Source of the DNA: Burkholderiales bacterium
GTDB taxonomy: Bacteria; Pseudomonadota; Gammaproteobacteria; Burkholderiales; Usitatibacteraceae
Assembly (NCBI GenBank): GCA_025359285.1
Contig: JANYGV010000315.1
Location: forward strand, 1-55,162
Direction of reading: 5' to 3'
Length of the DNA stretch: 55,162 nucleotides
Under the pieces are notes generated by a model. It searched no databases. It saw nothing but the letters and a program-made list of their open reading frames with translations, and was not told where the DNA came from. A program made the position numbers and the translations under genes. Positions 9,660 to 21,599 of this stretch are shown here, piece by piece (the stretch's first letter is position 1; each line of letters begins with the position of its first letter).

Positions 9660-11153
9660 CTTCTTTTTAAGAATTTCATTCGCCTGCGCCGGGTTCGCCT
9701 TCCCCTTCGACGCTTTCATCACTTGGCCCACCAGCGATTGAAATGCTTTTTCTTTGCCGGATTTGAATTCTTCTACGGATTTTGGGTTGGCGGCGAGGAC
9801 TTCATCAACGATTTTTTCGATGGTACTGATATCAGAGACTGACCGGAGGCCCTTTTCATCGAGATAGCGCTGCCATTGCGATTGTTCAATTTCTTGACCA
9901 ATCGCTTCGCCCAGCTTGATTAGCTGCTGATCTAGTTGCTCGCACCAACTTCTAAATAAATTGCGGGCGCTCGCAAAAGTGATTTCTCCCCGCGCTTCAG
10001 ATGCCATCAGCCGCATCATGAGATGTTTGCTGGGCATTTGCGGATCATCAATGGCGATCCCCTCTCGGTTCAAAAAGTTTGCGATTTCACCGTTTATCCA
10101 CTTGGTAACTGTTTTGGCACTAACTCCCGTTGCCACCATATTGATAAAGTATGTTGACGTAGCCTTCGATGCCGTCAATAAATGTGCATCGTAGCTCGAC
10201 AGATGATGTTCGCTAATGAACCGTTTGCTCATAACAGCAGGCAGTTCAGGCATTGCACTTTTTACGCGTTCAATCCACGCCGCATCAATCACCAACGGCA
10301 ATAAATCCGGATCGGGAAAATAGCGATAGTCCATCGCGTCTTCCTTGCTGCGCATGGAGCGGGTTTCGTCACGATCGGCATCGTACAAACGCGTTTCTTG
10401 GACGACCCTTCCGCCGTCCTCAATCAATTCGATTTGGCGGCGAATTTCGTACTCAATCGCGCGTTCCAAAAACCGGAACGAGTTGACGTTTTTAATTTCG
10501 CAACGCGTGCCGTATTCCTTTTGCCCTGTGGGCCGCACGGAGACGTTGGCATCGCAGCGAAACGAGCCTTCCTGCATATTGCCGTCGCAAATACCCAGCC
10601 ACGTGACAAGACCGTGCAGCGCCTTCGCATACGCCACCGCTTCAGCAGCAGAACGCATGTCGGGTTCGGTCACAATCTCCAGCAGCGGCGTGCCCGCACG
10701 GTTCAAATCAATACCCGATACACCCATCGTTTCCAAGCCTTCGTGCAACGATTTACCCGCATCTTCCTCCAGATGCGCGCGCGTGAGCTGCACGGTTTTT
10801 TCAACTCCATCCAATACAATCGCGACCTTGCCGCCCACCACTACTGGCCACTCGAATTGACTGATTTGGTAGCCTTTCGGCAAGTCAGGATAAAAATAAT
10901 TTTTGCGCGCAAATACTGAATACGGCGCGATGGTTCCGCCCACGGCAAGCCCAAACATAATTGCCTTTTCCACCGCGTCGCGATTGAGCACCGGCAGCGT
11001 GCCCGGCAAGGCGAGATCAACCACGCTGGCTTGTGTATTCGGCGCGGCACCAAAGGTCGTGGGCGAGCCCGAAAATATTTTCGAGGCGCATGAAAGCTGG
11101 GTGTGCGTTTCGAGGCCAATGACGACTTCCCAGCCGATAGGCGTGGCGCTCAT
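9648..11153 (-). CDS. gatB: Asp-tRNA(Asn)/Glu-tRNA(Gln) amidotransferase subunit B
   Basis: Contains [28 protein letters not shown] and the C-terminal GatB/YqeY domain ([15 protein letters not shown]). The start overlaps the gatA stop. Confidence 0.96.
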   Translation of the reverse strand: MSATPIGWEVVIGLETHTQLSCASKIFSGSPTTFGAAPNTQASVVDLALPGTLPVLNRDAVEKAIMFGLAVGGTIAPYSVFARKNYFYPDLPKGYQISQFEWPVVVGGKVAIVLDGVEKTVQLTRAHLEEDAGKSLHEGLETMGVSGIDLNRAGTPLLEIVTEPDMRSAAEAVAYAKALHGLVTWLGICDGNMQEGSFRCDANVSVRPTGQKEYGTRCEIKNVNSFRFLERAIEYEIRRQIELIEDGGRVVQETRLYDADRDETRSMRSKEDAMDYRYFPDPDLLPLVIDAAWIERVKSAMPELPAVMSKRFISEHHLSSYDAHLLTASKATSTYFINMVATGVSAKTVTKWINGEIANFLNREGIAIDDPQMPSKHLMMRLMASEARGEITFASARNLFRSWCEQLDQQLIKLGEAIGQEIEQSQWQRYLDEKGLRSVSDISTIEKIVDEVLAANPKSVEEFKSGKEKAFQSLVGQVMKASKGKANPAQANEILKKKLST

Positions 11154-12676
11154 TGAAACGCTTCCGGCGAACGTGTGTGCCAGTCCGTTGCCAACTGATA
11201 TTGATGTGCAGCCGCTAACATTCTGGCTTCTTCAAAATAATTACCCATAATTTGCAGCCCAATCGGCATGCCGTTATGCCCAAACCCGCAGGGCACCGAC
11301 ATTCCCGGCAATCCTGCCAGGCTCACGCCGAGCGTGTAAATATCTTCGAGGTACATGGCGACAGGATCGTTCGATTTTTCACCCATTTTCCACGCTGTGG
11401 TTGGCGCGACCGGGCCCATGATGAAGTCGCATTTTTTGAATGCTTCCTGAAAATCTTGTGAGATCAAGCGCCGTACTTTTTGCGCCTGCAAATAATAAGC
11501 ATCGTAATATCCGTGTGACAACACATACGCGCCCACGAGAATGCGGCGCTTCACTTCAGCACCCAAACCCTCGGCGCGTGATTTGCCAATCATGTCGGCC
11601 AAATTTTTGTATTCTGCGGCGCGATGGCCATAACGCACGCCATCAAAACGCGACAAATTGCTTGACGCTTCCGCTGGCGCGATCACGTAATAAACCGGAA
11701 TCGAGAGGCTGGTACGCGGTAAGGAAATTTCAACGCGCACCGCACCTAATTTTTCAAATTCCGCGAGCGCCGCATCGACGGCCTGAGCTATTTCTGACGA
11801 TAGCCCCTCCCCAAAGAATTCCTGCGGCACGCCTATCCGAACACCTGCTAATGGCCTTGAAACACTAGCATCCGCGCGGCTTGTCAAGGCAAATGCCGTC
11901 AAGAGTCTTGCCGATATTGGGGTTTTATATTTATCAAGAGTGGCAACGCTCGTCGAATCCTTGGCGTCAAAACCGATCATCGCATCGAGCAGCAGCGCGC
12001 AATCCTCCGCACTTTTTGCCATCGGCCCACCCTGATCGAGGCTGGATGCAAAGGCCACCATGCCGTAGCGCGATACGGTGCCGTAAGTGGGTTTAATTGC
12101 AGTGATGCCGCACATGGCAGCGGGCTGGCGGAGCGAGCCGCCCGTGTCGGTGCCGGTGGCGGCGGGGGCTAAACCTGCAGCGACGGCAGCAGCTGATCCG
12201 CCAGACGATCCGCCAGGGATGCGGCTCCTATCCCACGGATTTTTGACCGCGCCAAAAGCTGAATTCTCGTTCGATGAGCCCATCGCAAATTCATCGCAAT
12301 TTAGTTTCCCCAAACACACCATCCCCGCAGTTTTTAATTTTTCAACCACGGTGGCATCGAACGGCGAAACATAATTTTCAAGCATCCTCGAGCCTGCGGT
12401 CGTGCGCCATTGCTGGGTCACGAAAATATCTTTGTGCGCAATGGGAATGCCGGTCAGCGCGGTGATATTGCCGCTGGCAATTTGTGCGTCGGCAGCACGC
12501 GCTTCGGCCAGCGTGAGGTCGCGATCGATATGTAAAAACGCGTTCAAATCCGTGTTCGTTTCAGCGCGCACCAAAAAGTATTCGGCGAGCTCCAGAGCGG
12601 ATATTTTTTTTGTATCCAGGGCGGCGCGCAACTGGGTCAATGATTGATGATGCAGCGATGAAAAATCACGCGTCAT
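11150..12676 (-). CDS. gatA: Asp-tRNA(Asn)/Glu-tRNA(Gln) amidotransferase subunit A
   Basis: Amidase signature [14 protein letters not shown], plus [13 protein letters not shown]. Its position between gatC and gatB fits. Confidence 0.96.
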   Translation of the reverse strand: MTRDFSSLHHQSLTQLRAALDTKKISALELAEYFLVRAETNTDLNAFLHIDRDLTLAEARAADAQIASGNITALTGIPIAHKDIFVTQQWRTTAGSRMLENYVSPFDATVVEKLKTAGMVCLGKLNCDEFAMGSSNENSAFGAVKNPWDRSRIPGGSSGGSAAAVAAGLAPAATGTDTGGSLRQPAAMCGITAIKPTYGTVSRYGMVAFASSLDQGGPMAKSAEDCALLLDAMIGFDAKDSTSVATLDKYKTPISARLLTAFALTSRADASVSRPLAGVRIGVPQEFFGEGLSSEIAQAVDAALAEFEKLGAVRVEISLPRTSLSIPVYYVIAPAEASSNLSRFDGVRYGHRAAEYKNLADMIGKSRAEGLGAEVKRRILVGAYVLSHGYYDAYYLQAQKVRRLISQDFQEAFKKCDFIMGPVAPTTAWKMGEKSNDPVAMYLEDIYTLGVSLAGLPGMSVPCGFGHNGMPIGLQIMGNYFEEARMLAAAHQYQLATDWHTRSPEAFQ

Positions 12677-12972
12677 TCCAGCACCTTCGGCACCAAAAAT
12701 AAGCCGTTTTCCTGCTGTGGCGCATTCACCATATTCGCCTCACGATGTTCGACCTCCGTGACCACATCGGCGCGCAACCGAAGCTGCATTTTCTGGACGA
12801 TTGCGATGGGGTGACACAGCGGTTCGAGACCTGCCGTATCGACGGCCTGTAGCGTCTCAACCATTGAGAAAATATTGTTGAGCTCCTTCAGCATGCGCGC
12901 TGTTTCGGCGGGCGTAATGTCGATTCGCGCGAGTTTCGCCAATCGGTGAATATCATCAGAAATTAGTGACAT
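12673..12972 (-). CDS. gatC: Asp-tRNA(Asn)/Glu-tRNA(Gln) amidotransferase subunit C
   Basis: The protein begins [23 protein letters not shown] and is 99 aa from the ATG at 12972. The track ORF to 13074 adds an implausible Cys/Trp-rich extension. The gene overlaps the gatA start. Confidence 0.9.
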   Translation of the reverse strand: MSLISDDIHRLAKLARIDITPAETARMLKELNNIFSMVETLQAVDTAGLEPLCHPIAIVQKMQLRLRADVVTEVEHREANMVNAPQQENGLFLVPKVLE

Positions 12973-13469
12973 GAGCGTACCGATAAAAATGAAAACAAAA
13001 TTAAAATGCGTGTTACCCCAACGCCACCGCGGGGCCACCGCAGGGCAACCACAAAGCCAACACAAAGCCAACACAATGCCGCTATAAAAAGCGGCGACAG
13101 TGGCGTGTTAATTAGCCTGAGACGACATAACTCAAAGTGGGAGGCAAAGAGTGCAGAACCTTTAGGCGTTTTCAGCCCGTCTTTGCATGTTTTTTACACA
13201 CTCACTAGAGTATCATAGTGATTATGTGTCGTTTAGCACAACAAACTTCATTATTAATTTCGCGAAAAACCCCGCGAATTGAGCTTATTTGTGGCTATGT
13301 TCAGCAAAATCACAGCATTCCAAGCCGAATCGAGAAGGCAATAGGTCTGACCAAGATTTTGCATAAATATTGGCACAAACAAAAGTTTCACCATCGGGTG
13401 GCGCAAGACAAAAATATTGATCCCTGTTCGCGAGCCCAAAATCAGCCGCGAGCACGGCAACAGAGTTAG

Positions 13470-14525
<1,056 letters not shown>

Positions 14526-14743
14526 TCGACGTTGTCATCCATGATGTTCTCGACGCGGCAATCGAAACGAAGGGTGTTGATCGTCAAATCGCGCCGTCAC
14601 AAGAGCGAGGTAGCGTCGCACGAATGTCAACACCCCGCAAAATGATGGCCGCGCTGCCGCCGCTTGTTGCACCCGTCCGCTGGCGCGACATCCGTTTGCA
14701 ATAAAATTTCCAATCACATTTTTTAAGCTGAATAAGGCGATCA

Positions 14744-15706
14744 GTGTCGGCGTTTCAAGAGCCATTTTTCACACGCGGCCCCAGTCCTCTGGCGCGTTTG
14801 ACCTTTTTTACGTTGATTGCGATCGCAATCATGATCGCTGATCATCGCTTTCAGGCGCTATCGTTCGCGCGCATGGGTATCGGCGCGGTACTCAACCCTA
14901 TCGAGCAGGCGCTGATGGTGCCGGGTCATGCATTCTCACGCAGCGTGGCTTACTTTTCGGATCAGGACCGGCTCTTGTCTGAAAACCGCGAGCTTAACCA
15001 GAAAATTCTGGCGCTTGCCGCCGAGAGCCAGCAAAGCCGCCTTATTCTTGCTGAAAAATCTTACATCGACGCCTTGGGCCAGGCACATCCACGCTTTGCG
15101 GGCAACGGTTTGATCGCCGAGGTCATTCGCGACGCACGCAATCCCTATGCACGCAAAATCATTATCAATAAGGGCATGGCCCATGGCGTCACCGCAGGCT
15201 TGGCGGTGATCGCGAGCGATGGCGTGGTCGGGCAAGTGACCGCAGTCGGCGTAGCATCCTCCGAAGTCACGCTGTCGACCGAGAAAGATCAGGCCGTACC
15301 CGTAATGGTGGTTAGAAACGGGCTGCGCGCCATTGCGGTGGGCAGCGGCCGCGATGGCACGATTGACGTGCCTTCCCTCCCGCTGGGCTCGGATATACAA
15401 ATCGGCGACCAGGTGGTTACCTCCGGCATCGACGGCACCTATCCGCCGGGCTTGGCGGTGGCGGTCATCTCGCAGGTTGAAAAAAATCCGGCCTTTCCAT
15501 TCGCACGAATCATGGCGCAACCGGTGGCAGCGGTCGCGCACCAGCGCTTTGTCAAGGTGATGTTGAAAGACCCCGCACAAATTTATCCCCGTCCTGACGT
15601 GGGTTTGGACGATAAAAAACCGACCCGCGATATCACCATCACCAGCAAAAGTTCGGCACAAAATGCGAACGCTGCCAGAAGGGATCAGCGCCGTGGCACC
15701 CCATAA
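14744..15706 (+). CDS. mreC: Rod shape-determining protein MreC
   Basis: GTG start. The N-terminus FFTRGPSPLARL plus a TM helix, a coiled coil, and the beta-domain motifs GVVGQVT and TSGIDGTYPPGL, all downstream of mreB. Confidence 0.9.
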   Translation: MSAFQEPFFTRGPSPLARLTFFTLIAIAIMIADHRFQALSFARMGIGAVLNPIEQALMVPGHAFSRSVAYFSDQDRLLSENRELNQKILALAAESQQSRLILAEKSYIDALGQAHPRFAGNGLIAEVIRDARNPYARKIIINKGMAHGVTAGLAVIASDGVVGQVTAVGVASSEVTLSTEKDQAVPVMVVRNGLRAIAVGSGRDGTIDVPSLPLGSDIQIGDQVVTSGIDGTYPPGLAVAVISQVEKNPAFPFARIMAQPVAAVAHQRFVKVMLKDPAQIYPRPDVGLDDKKPTRDITITSKSSAQNANAARRDQRRGTP

Positions 15707-15716
15707 ACCCGGCACC

Positions 15717-16241
15717 ATGGATCTGTCGCCCGCCTCCCGCGACCCGATGCGTTTGCCGGCCCCCTTCAGCCTGATCAGCATCGTCATCATGGCGGCGCTA
15801 TTGCTCGATTTACTGCCGTGGGACGGTGTCGCGCTGATTACGCATCCCGATTTCGTGCTTCTAGCGCTGCTGTATTGGGCGGTGCACGAGCCGCACACGG
15901 TCGGTCAAGGCTGGGGCTTTGCGCTCGGTTTGATCATGGACGTAGCCGACAGCGCATTGCTGGGACAACATGCGATGGTGTATGTGGTGGCCATCTTTCT
16001 GGCGCAACTCTTGAGGGTGCGCATGCTGCAGCTCAGCGTGGCGGAGCAAGCCCTGCATATCATCGCTATCCTGGCCGTATCGCAGGGTATTGGCGTGCTG
16101 CTGAACCTAGCCATGGGCCGGGATTTTCCCGGATTTTCGATCCTCATTTCACTGGCCCTCGGCGCGTTGCTATGGCCCATTATTAATGCGTTTGCGACCA
16201 TCCCCCGCCTGCGCCGTCGTTCCAGCCGCGTCATCAGTTAA
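15717..16241 (+). CDS. mreD: Rod shape-determining protein MreD
   Basis: A polytopic membrane protein directly after mreC. I prefer the ATG at 15717 (just after the mreC stop) over the overlapping track start at 15663. Confidence 0.82.
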   Translation: MDLSPASRDPMRLPAPFSLISIVIMAALLLDLLPWDGVALITHPDFVLLALLYWAVHEPHTVGQGWGFALGLIMDVADSALLGQHAMVYVVAIFLAQLLRVRMLQLSVAEQALHIIAILAVSQGIGVLLNLAMGRDFPGFSILISLALGALLWPIINAFATIPRLRRRSSRVIS

Positions 16242-16298
16242 ATCCACAAATGCGCTCAAGCGAATCCGTTTAATCATGTTCAAAACACGCCAGCAAAT

Positions 16299-18224
16299 AT
16301 GATCGGCACAACCATTCGAAATCGCGAACTGGAGATTAACGTCTTCCGTGGCCGCGCATTGTTCGCGGGCTTTGCAATCTTGATTGCATTTAGCGTGGTT
16401 GCCGCACGGCTGGTGTATTTGCAAGTTATCAAACGCGATCACTACTACACGCTGGCAGAAGCCAATCGTATTTCGCTGCTGCCGGTGGTGCCGAACCGGG
16501 GCCTGATTTGGGATCGCAATAATGAAGTGTTGGCCGCCAATTATTCTGCCTATACGCTGGAGGTCACCCCTTCGCGGGTCAAAAATCTGGATGCGGTGTT
16601 GGAAGAATTAAATACCATTGTTGAGATTCAGCCACGCGATAAACGTCGCTTCAAACGGCTGATGGAAGAGAGCAAAAATTTTGAATCCCTGCCGATTCGT
16701 AACCGATTGACTGAGGAAGAAGTTGCGCGGTTCGCCGTCAACCGCTATCGATTCCCCGGCTTTGATATTCGCCCACGCTTATTTCGAAACTATCCGCAGG
16801 GTGATGTCGCATCGCACGCGATTGGCTACATTGGCCGCATCAACGACGCCGATTTAAAACGCATCGACGATGCCGATCTCACGTCCAATTATCGCGGCAC
16901 CGACCATATCGGCAAACTCGGTATCGAAGGCGGCTACGAGAATGAGCTGCACGGCAGCACGGGCTCAGAACAGGTAGAAATCGATGCGGGCGGCCGCGCC
17001 ATGCGCTCGCTCGCGACCACGGCACCGGTGGCGGGTAACAACCTGACCCTGACGCTCGATATCAAGCTGCAAAAAATCGCCGAGCAGGTTTTTGGTGAAG
17101 GTCGCGGCTCGTTGGTAGCGATCGAGCCTGCTACTGGCGAAATTCTGGCGCTAGTATCAAAACCCGGATTCGACCCTAATTTATTTGTCGATGGCATCGA
17201 TCCGCAAAATTGGGATCTGCTCAATACTTCCGTCGATAAGCCTTTGCTCAATCGCGCACTGCGCGGCGCTTATCCGCCCGGCTCAACCATCAAGCCCTTC
17301 CTCGCGCTGGGGGCGCTTGAATCCGGCAAACGCACCCCGCAACAAACCATTTCCGACCCCGGCGTATTTCGTTTGGCAGGGGTAGCACATTACTGGAACG
17401 ACGATAAGGCGGGCGGGCATGGGCTGGTTGATATGCGCAAATCCATTGTGGTCTCCTGCGACACTTACTACTATCAGCTGGCATCTGAGACCGATATTGA
17501 CGAAACCAGCAAATTTTTGCGTTCGCTCGGGTTTGGCACCAAAACCGGGATTGATATTGATGGTGAATTGGAAGGCACGCTGCCGTCCCGACAATGGAAG
17601 AGCAACCGGCTTGCCAAGGGCACCCCAGAAGCGCGCAAATGGTACGTCGGCGACAGTATCTCGGCGGGCATTGGTCAGGGCTACAATTCGTTCACACCGA
17701 TGCAGCTGGCGCATGCCACAGCGACCATCGCCAACGACGGCGTGGCCATGCGCCCGCGGCTGGTTCGACACATCACCGATGTCGCCACTGGCACTATCAA
17801 ATCGACTGCTGATCTGGACATAAACAAACCAACGAGGCTGGCGCTTAAACCCGAAAATATCGCCTTCATCAAGGCCGCGATGGCCGCAGTGCCGATTGAA
17901 GGCACCAGCGCGCGTATTTTTGCCAATTCAGGTTATGTCAGCGCAGGTAAAACCGGAACTGCCCAAGTGTACGGCGTCAAGCGCGGCGAGAAATATGTGG
18001 CGGGGCGCGTGGCCGAACGGCTCCGCGATCACGCTTGGTATATCGCCTATGCACCGGCTGACAAGCCAACCATTGCGCTGGCAGTGATGGTGGAAAACGG
18101 CGGAAAGGGTGCGGTCGCCGCGGCACCGATTGCAAGAGCGGTCATGGACTATTACCTGCTTGGCAAAAAACCTGACATCGCAAAACTCAAGACGCCCGAC
18201 AATGAACCTCAGAGCGACGACTAA
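16299..18224 (+). CDS. mrdA: Penicillin-binding protein 2 (elongasome transpeptidase)
   Basis: SxxK motif (GSTIKP), KTGTAQ, an N-terminal TM anchor, and synteny with rodA. Confidence 0.95.
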   Translation: MIGTTIRNRELEINVFRGRALFAGFAILIAFSVVAARLVYLQVIKRDHYYTLAEANRISLLPVVPNRGLIWDRNNEVLAANYSAYTLEVTPSRVKNLDAVLEELNTIVEIQPRDKRRFKRLMEESKNFESLPIRNRLTEEEVARFAVNRYRFPGFDIRPRLFRNYPQGDVASHAIGYIGRINDADLKRIDDADLTSNYRGTDHIGKLGIEGGYENELHGSTGSEQVEIDAGGRAMRSLATTAPVAGNNLTLTLDIKLQKIAEQVFGEGRGSLVAIEPATGEILALVSKPGFDPNLFVDGIDPQNWDLLNTSVDKPLLNRALRGAYPPGSTIKPFLALGALESGKRTPQQTISDPGVFRLAGVAHYWNDDKAGGHGLVDMRKSIVVSCDTYYYQLASETDIDETSKFLRSLGFGTKTGIDIDGELEGTLPSRQWKSNRLAKGTPEARKWYVGDSISAGIGQGYNSFTPMQLAHATATIANDGVAMRPRLVRHITDVATGTIKSTADLDINKPTRLALKPENIAFIKAAMAAVPIEGTSARIFANSGYVSAGKTGTAQVYGVKRGEKYVAGRVAERLRDHAWYIAYAPADKPTIALAVMVENGGKGAVAAAPIARAVMDYYLLGKKPDIAKLKTPDNEPQSDD

Positions 18225-19314
18225 TCGTATTTTTGACATCCTCACGCGCCGTCTCGACGGCCCGCTGATGGTGACGATCATGGTGCTCGCCGCGATCTCG
18301 GTGACGGTCGTTTTTTCCGCCTCCGGTGGCGATACATTTGATCGCGCGCTGGGTCAAATCCGCAATTTTTGCGTGGCGCTGGTGGTGATGTGGATTGTCG
18401 CCAATATGTCGCCACTGTTGTTGATGCGTCTGGCGATTCCGATATTTTTGGTGGGACTAGCGTTGCTGATCGGAGTAGCGGTTTTTGGTGAAACCCGCAA
18501 CAACGCGCGGCGCTGGCTGAACGTCGGTTTTGCAATTGTTCAACCCTCTGAAATCATGAAAATTGCGATGCCGCTTTTGTTGGCCTGGTACTTCCATAAG
18601 CGCGAGGAAGACCTGCGTTTGGCCGACTACGCGATTGCCGGTTTACTGTTGATTGTGCCGTCGGCGCTGGTGATGCGCCAGCCTGATCTGGGAACCGCGA
18701 TTCTCATTTTTTCGGCTGGTTTTTTTGTGATTTTTTTGGCCGGATTGTCCTGGAAACTATTGTTGGCAGCGGCGGTTGCGGCGGGTGCGGCGATTCCGTT
18801 TGTATGGCCGTTTTTGCATGATTACCAGAAGCAACGGGTTTATACCTTGCTCGACCCGACCACCGATCCACTCGGCGCGGGATATCACATTATTCAATCC
18901 ACCATTGCGATTGGCTCCGGTGGCTTGCTGGGCAAAGGCTGGCTCACAGGCAGCCAAGCGCAATTGGATTTCATCCCTGAACGCTCGACCGATTTTATTT
19001 TCGCGGTGTACGGTGAAGAGTTTGGCCTGGTCGGTGGGCTGCTATTGCTGGCGCTGTATCTGGTCATTATTGGCCGCGGCCTGATGATCGCGATGAATGC
19101 ATCGACCACTTTTTCACGCCTGCTAGCGGGCGCGATCACGCTATCGTTTTTCACTTATGCGTTTGTGAATATGGGCATGGTGACCGGTATCTTGCCGGTG
19201 GTGGGTGTGCCGCTGCCGCTGATGAGCTACGGCGGCACCGCGATCTTGTCGCTGTTCATCGGCATCGGCATTTTGATGAGCGTGTCCACGCATAAACAAT
19301 TGGTGGCGACTTGA
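18202..19314 (+). CDS. rodA: Peptidoglycan glycosyltransferase RodA (SEDS family)
   Basis: Polytopic SEDS sequence (PSEIMKIAMPL, QSTIAIGSGGLLGKGW, TDFIFAVYGEEFG). I prefer the ATG at 18202 (MNLRATTNRIFD), which overlaps the mrdA end by 23 nt. Confidence 0.93.
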   Translation: MNLRATTNRIFDILTRRLDGPLMVTIMVLAAISVTVVFSASGGDTFDRALGQIRNFCVALVVMWIVANMSPLLLMRLAIPIFLVGLALLIGVAVFGETRNNARRWLNVGFAIVQPSEIMKIAMPLLLAWYFHKREEDLRLADYAIAGLLLIVPSALVMRQPDLGTAILIFSAGFFVIFLAGLSWKLLLAAAVAAGAAIPFVWPFLHDYQKQRVYTLLDPTTDPLGAGYHIIQSTIAIGSGGLLGKGWLTGSQAQLDFIPERSTDFIFAVYGEEFGLVGGLLLLALYLVIIGRGLMIAMNASTTFSRLLAGAITLSFFTYAFVNMGMVTGILPVVGVPLPLMSYGGTAILSLFIGIGILMSVSTHKQLVAT

Positions 19315-20381
19315 ACGCACGAGTATTAGCCACCACCTCGGCATCAACCGCTGAATCAGCCGGAGCAGGCTCCAAAAGCATAGAGCGCCATTTGGCGGGC
19401 ATCTTCAGGCATAAATGGCTTAGAACACCCGACAGTGCTGGTGTTTATATTTTTATGTTCTTTCTGGGAATAATATTAGCCGGTTGCGGCTCGTCACCCA
19501 AACGAGGCGAATCGCCACCAAAGCCGGTGGCACCAAGCGCCAAACCTAACGGCTATTATCTTGACGATGGGCCGGGGGACAATCCACCGCCTAGTCTTGA
19601 GCAAATTCCTGATGCGATCCCGCGCGCCGAATCGCTCCATCGCGGTGCCAATCGGCCTTACACCATTTTCGGCAAGACCTATGTGCCAAACGTGTCGAGC
19701 GACCCCTTCCGACAATCGGGAATTGCCTCGTGGTATGGCCGCAAATTTCATGGCCAGAAAACATCCATCGGCGAAATCTACGATATGTACGCAATGACCG
19801 CCGCACATCCGACACTGCCGTTGCCATCCTATGTACGCGTGACGAATCCCGCCAATGCGAAATCCGTGGTGGTGCGCGTCAACGATCGTGGCCCGTTTCA
19901 TTCAGATCGCGTCATTGACCTTTCCTACGCCGCTGCGGCCAAGCTCGACATTGCGCGGCGCGGCAGCGGGTTGGTCGTGGTGGAACGGGTGTTTGCGGGT
20001 GATAAAACATCGTCACCGGCCCTGTCGGTTGCAGCGCTTCCCAACGCCGCGCCGTCAGCGGCCAACACCACTATCGTGTCCGCGCCACTGCCGGCGAGTC
20101 CGCCGTTGGTAGCCAATAACATCGCCACCTCGCCGATCACCGAGGACGCCGATTTAATTTATCTCCAGCTCGGTGCATTTTCATCACTCGAAAACGCGGA
20201 CATATTTCGCGCGCGCATGGTGCGCGAGCTTGACTGGAATCGCGAACCGATGATGGTCCTGAATAAAGACAGCTTATTCCGGGTTCGATTAGGCCCCTAC
20301 AAAACTCGCGATGAAGCGGCCGCTATCGTCGCGCAAATCAAGCAATCCCACGATTTTTCACCTGTTATCACCAAACCATAA
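19311..20381 (+). CDS. rlpA: Septal ring lytic transglycosylase RlpA family lipoprotein (DPBB plus SPOR domains)
   Basis: Lipobox ILAGC, DPBB core ASWYGRKFHGQKTSIGEIYDMYAMTAAHPTLPLPSYVRVTN...VNDRGP, and a C-terminal SPOR domain (YLQLGAFS...FRVRLGPY). The true start is uncertain: it could be as late as the ATG at 19455. Confidence 0.88.
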   Translation: MNARVLATTSASTAESAGAGSKSIERHLAGIFRHKWLRTPDSAGVYIFMFFLGIILAGCGSSPKRGESPPKPVAPSAKPNGYYLDDGPGDNPPPSLEQIPDAIPRAESLHRGANRPYTIFGKTYVPNVSSDPFRQSGIASWYGRKFHGQKTSIGEIYDMYAMTAAHPTLPLPSYVRVTNPANAKSVVVRVNDRGPFHSDRVIDLSYAAAAKLDIARRGSGLVVVERVFAGDKTSSPALSVAALPNAAPSAANTTIVSAPLPASPPLVANNIATSPITEDADLIYLQLGAFSSLENADIFRARMVRELDWNREPMMVLNKDSLFRVRLGPYKTRDEAAAIVAQIKQSHDFSPVITKP

Positions 20382-20394
20382 AGTCTGACTATTC

Positions 20395-21588
20395 ATGATC
20401 GCTTTTCTTTTTTCTGTACCTCGAAAACTCGTTGTAAATTATTGCGCTGTCCTTGCGTTTATCGCTATTTCAGCCGCCGCCAGCGCCCAAACGTCCATCG
20501 CTGCACCGACCCTTGTTTCCGACATTCCTGCGCCGCCGATTGCCGCTCGCTCGTACGTGTTGTTTGATGTCGGCAGCAACCAGATCCTCGCGGGACTGGC
20601 GTCGAGTGATCGTTTCGAGCCCGCCTCGCTGACCAAGCTCATGACCGCGTATTTGGTGTTCGACGCGCTTAAAAATAAAAAGCTCACACTCACCCAGACC
20701 CTGCCCGTGTCAGAGCACGCGTGGAAAGCGGAAGGCTCCAGGATGTTTATCGATCCTAAACAAACGCCGCAAGTAGAATCGTTGATTCGAGGCATGATTA
20801 TTCAGAGTGGCAACGACGCGTCAACGGCGCTTGCCGAAGGGATCGCGGGCTCGGAGGATTTGTTTGCGCAGCTGATGAATAAACAAGCGCAACGTCTCGG
20901 CATGAAAAATACTAATTTCGTAAACGCCACGGGGTTGCCCAATGCCCAACATTACTCGACGGCCGAAGATTTAACGCTGCTCGCAAGCGCCCTGATTCGC
21001 GATTTTCCGCAAGAATTTGCGTATTACAAAGAGCGGGAATTCACCTATAACAAAATCACCCAGCCAAATCGTAACCGACTACTATTTATTGATCCAACGG
21101 TGGATGGATTGAAAACCGGCCACACCGACGCGGCGGGATTTTGTTTAATTGCCACCGCCAAACGCGGCGAGCGGCGGCTCATTTCAGTCGTGCTCGGCAC
21201 CGCGTCCGACGCTGCCCGCACCCAGGAGAGTCAAAAATTATTGAATTTCGGTTATCAGTTTTTTGATTCGCAGCGCCTGTACAAAAAAGGCCAGCCGATT
21301 GCCACCCCTGAAATTTTCAAAGGCACCCAAAACACGGTCAAGCTGGGTTTTGATCGCGACATCTGGCTCACGCTGCCGAAGGACAAATTTCAGGGACTGG
21401 CCGCCACGCTCACGACCGCCCAGCCGCTGATTGCGCCACTGGGCATCGGCCAGAAAGCAGGGATAATGAAGCTGACTAAAAACGATAAATTGGTCGCTGA
21501 AATTCCGGTCGTGGCACTTGAAGATGTGCCCGTTGCCGGGTTTTTAGGGCGTGGCTGGGATGCCATTCGGTTAATGTTTAAAAAGTAG
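20395..21588 (+). CDS. D-alanyl-D-alanine carboxypeptidase (PBP5/6 class)
   Basis: Signal peptide, then the SxxK (SLTKLM), SxN (SGND) and KTG (KTGHT) motifs. Confidence 0.92.
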   Translation: MIAFLFSVPRKLVVNYCAVLAFIAISAAASAQTSIAAPTLVSDIPAPPIAARSYVLFDVGSNQILAGLASSDRFEPASLTKLMTAYLVFDALKNKKLTLTQTLPVSEHAWKAEGSRMFIDPKQTPQVESLIRGMIIQSGNDASTALAEGIAGSEDLFAQLMNKQAQRLGMKNTNFVNATGLPNAQHYSTAEDLTLLASALIRDFPQEFAYYKEREFTYNKITQPNRNRLLFIDPTVDGLKTGHTDAAGFCLIATAKRGERRLISVVLGTASDAARTQESQKLLNFGYQFFDSQRLYKKGQPIATPEIFKGTQNTVKLGFDRDIWLTLPKDKFQGLAATLTTAQPLIAPLGIGQKAGIMKLTKNDKLVAEIPVVALEDVPVAGFLGRGWDAIRLMFKK

Positions 21589-21599
21589 GAGCCCATAAA

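Noticed and set aside
14936-15898. A 320-aa minus-strand ORF antisense to mreC/mreD. Similar long antisense ORFs occur at 14096-14587 (mreB), 10345-10919 (gatB), 5628-6122 (ABC-F), 39003-39621 (kinase), 47488-48105 (ubiJ), 48729-49265 (Tim44-like) and 49642-50241 (ubiE).
   Set aside because: These are shadow ORFs opposite well-supported genes. Their translations are Arg/Ala/Ser/Cys-rich low-complexity sequence with no motifs, as expected from codon-bias mirroring in moderately GC-rich DNA.
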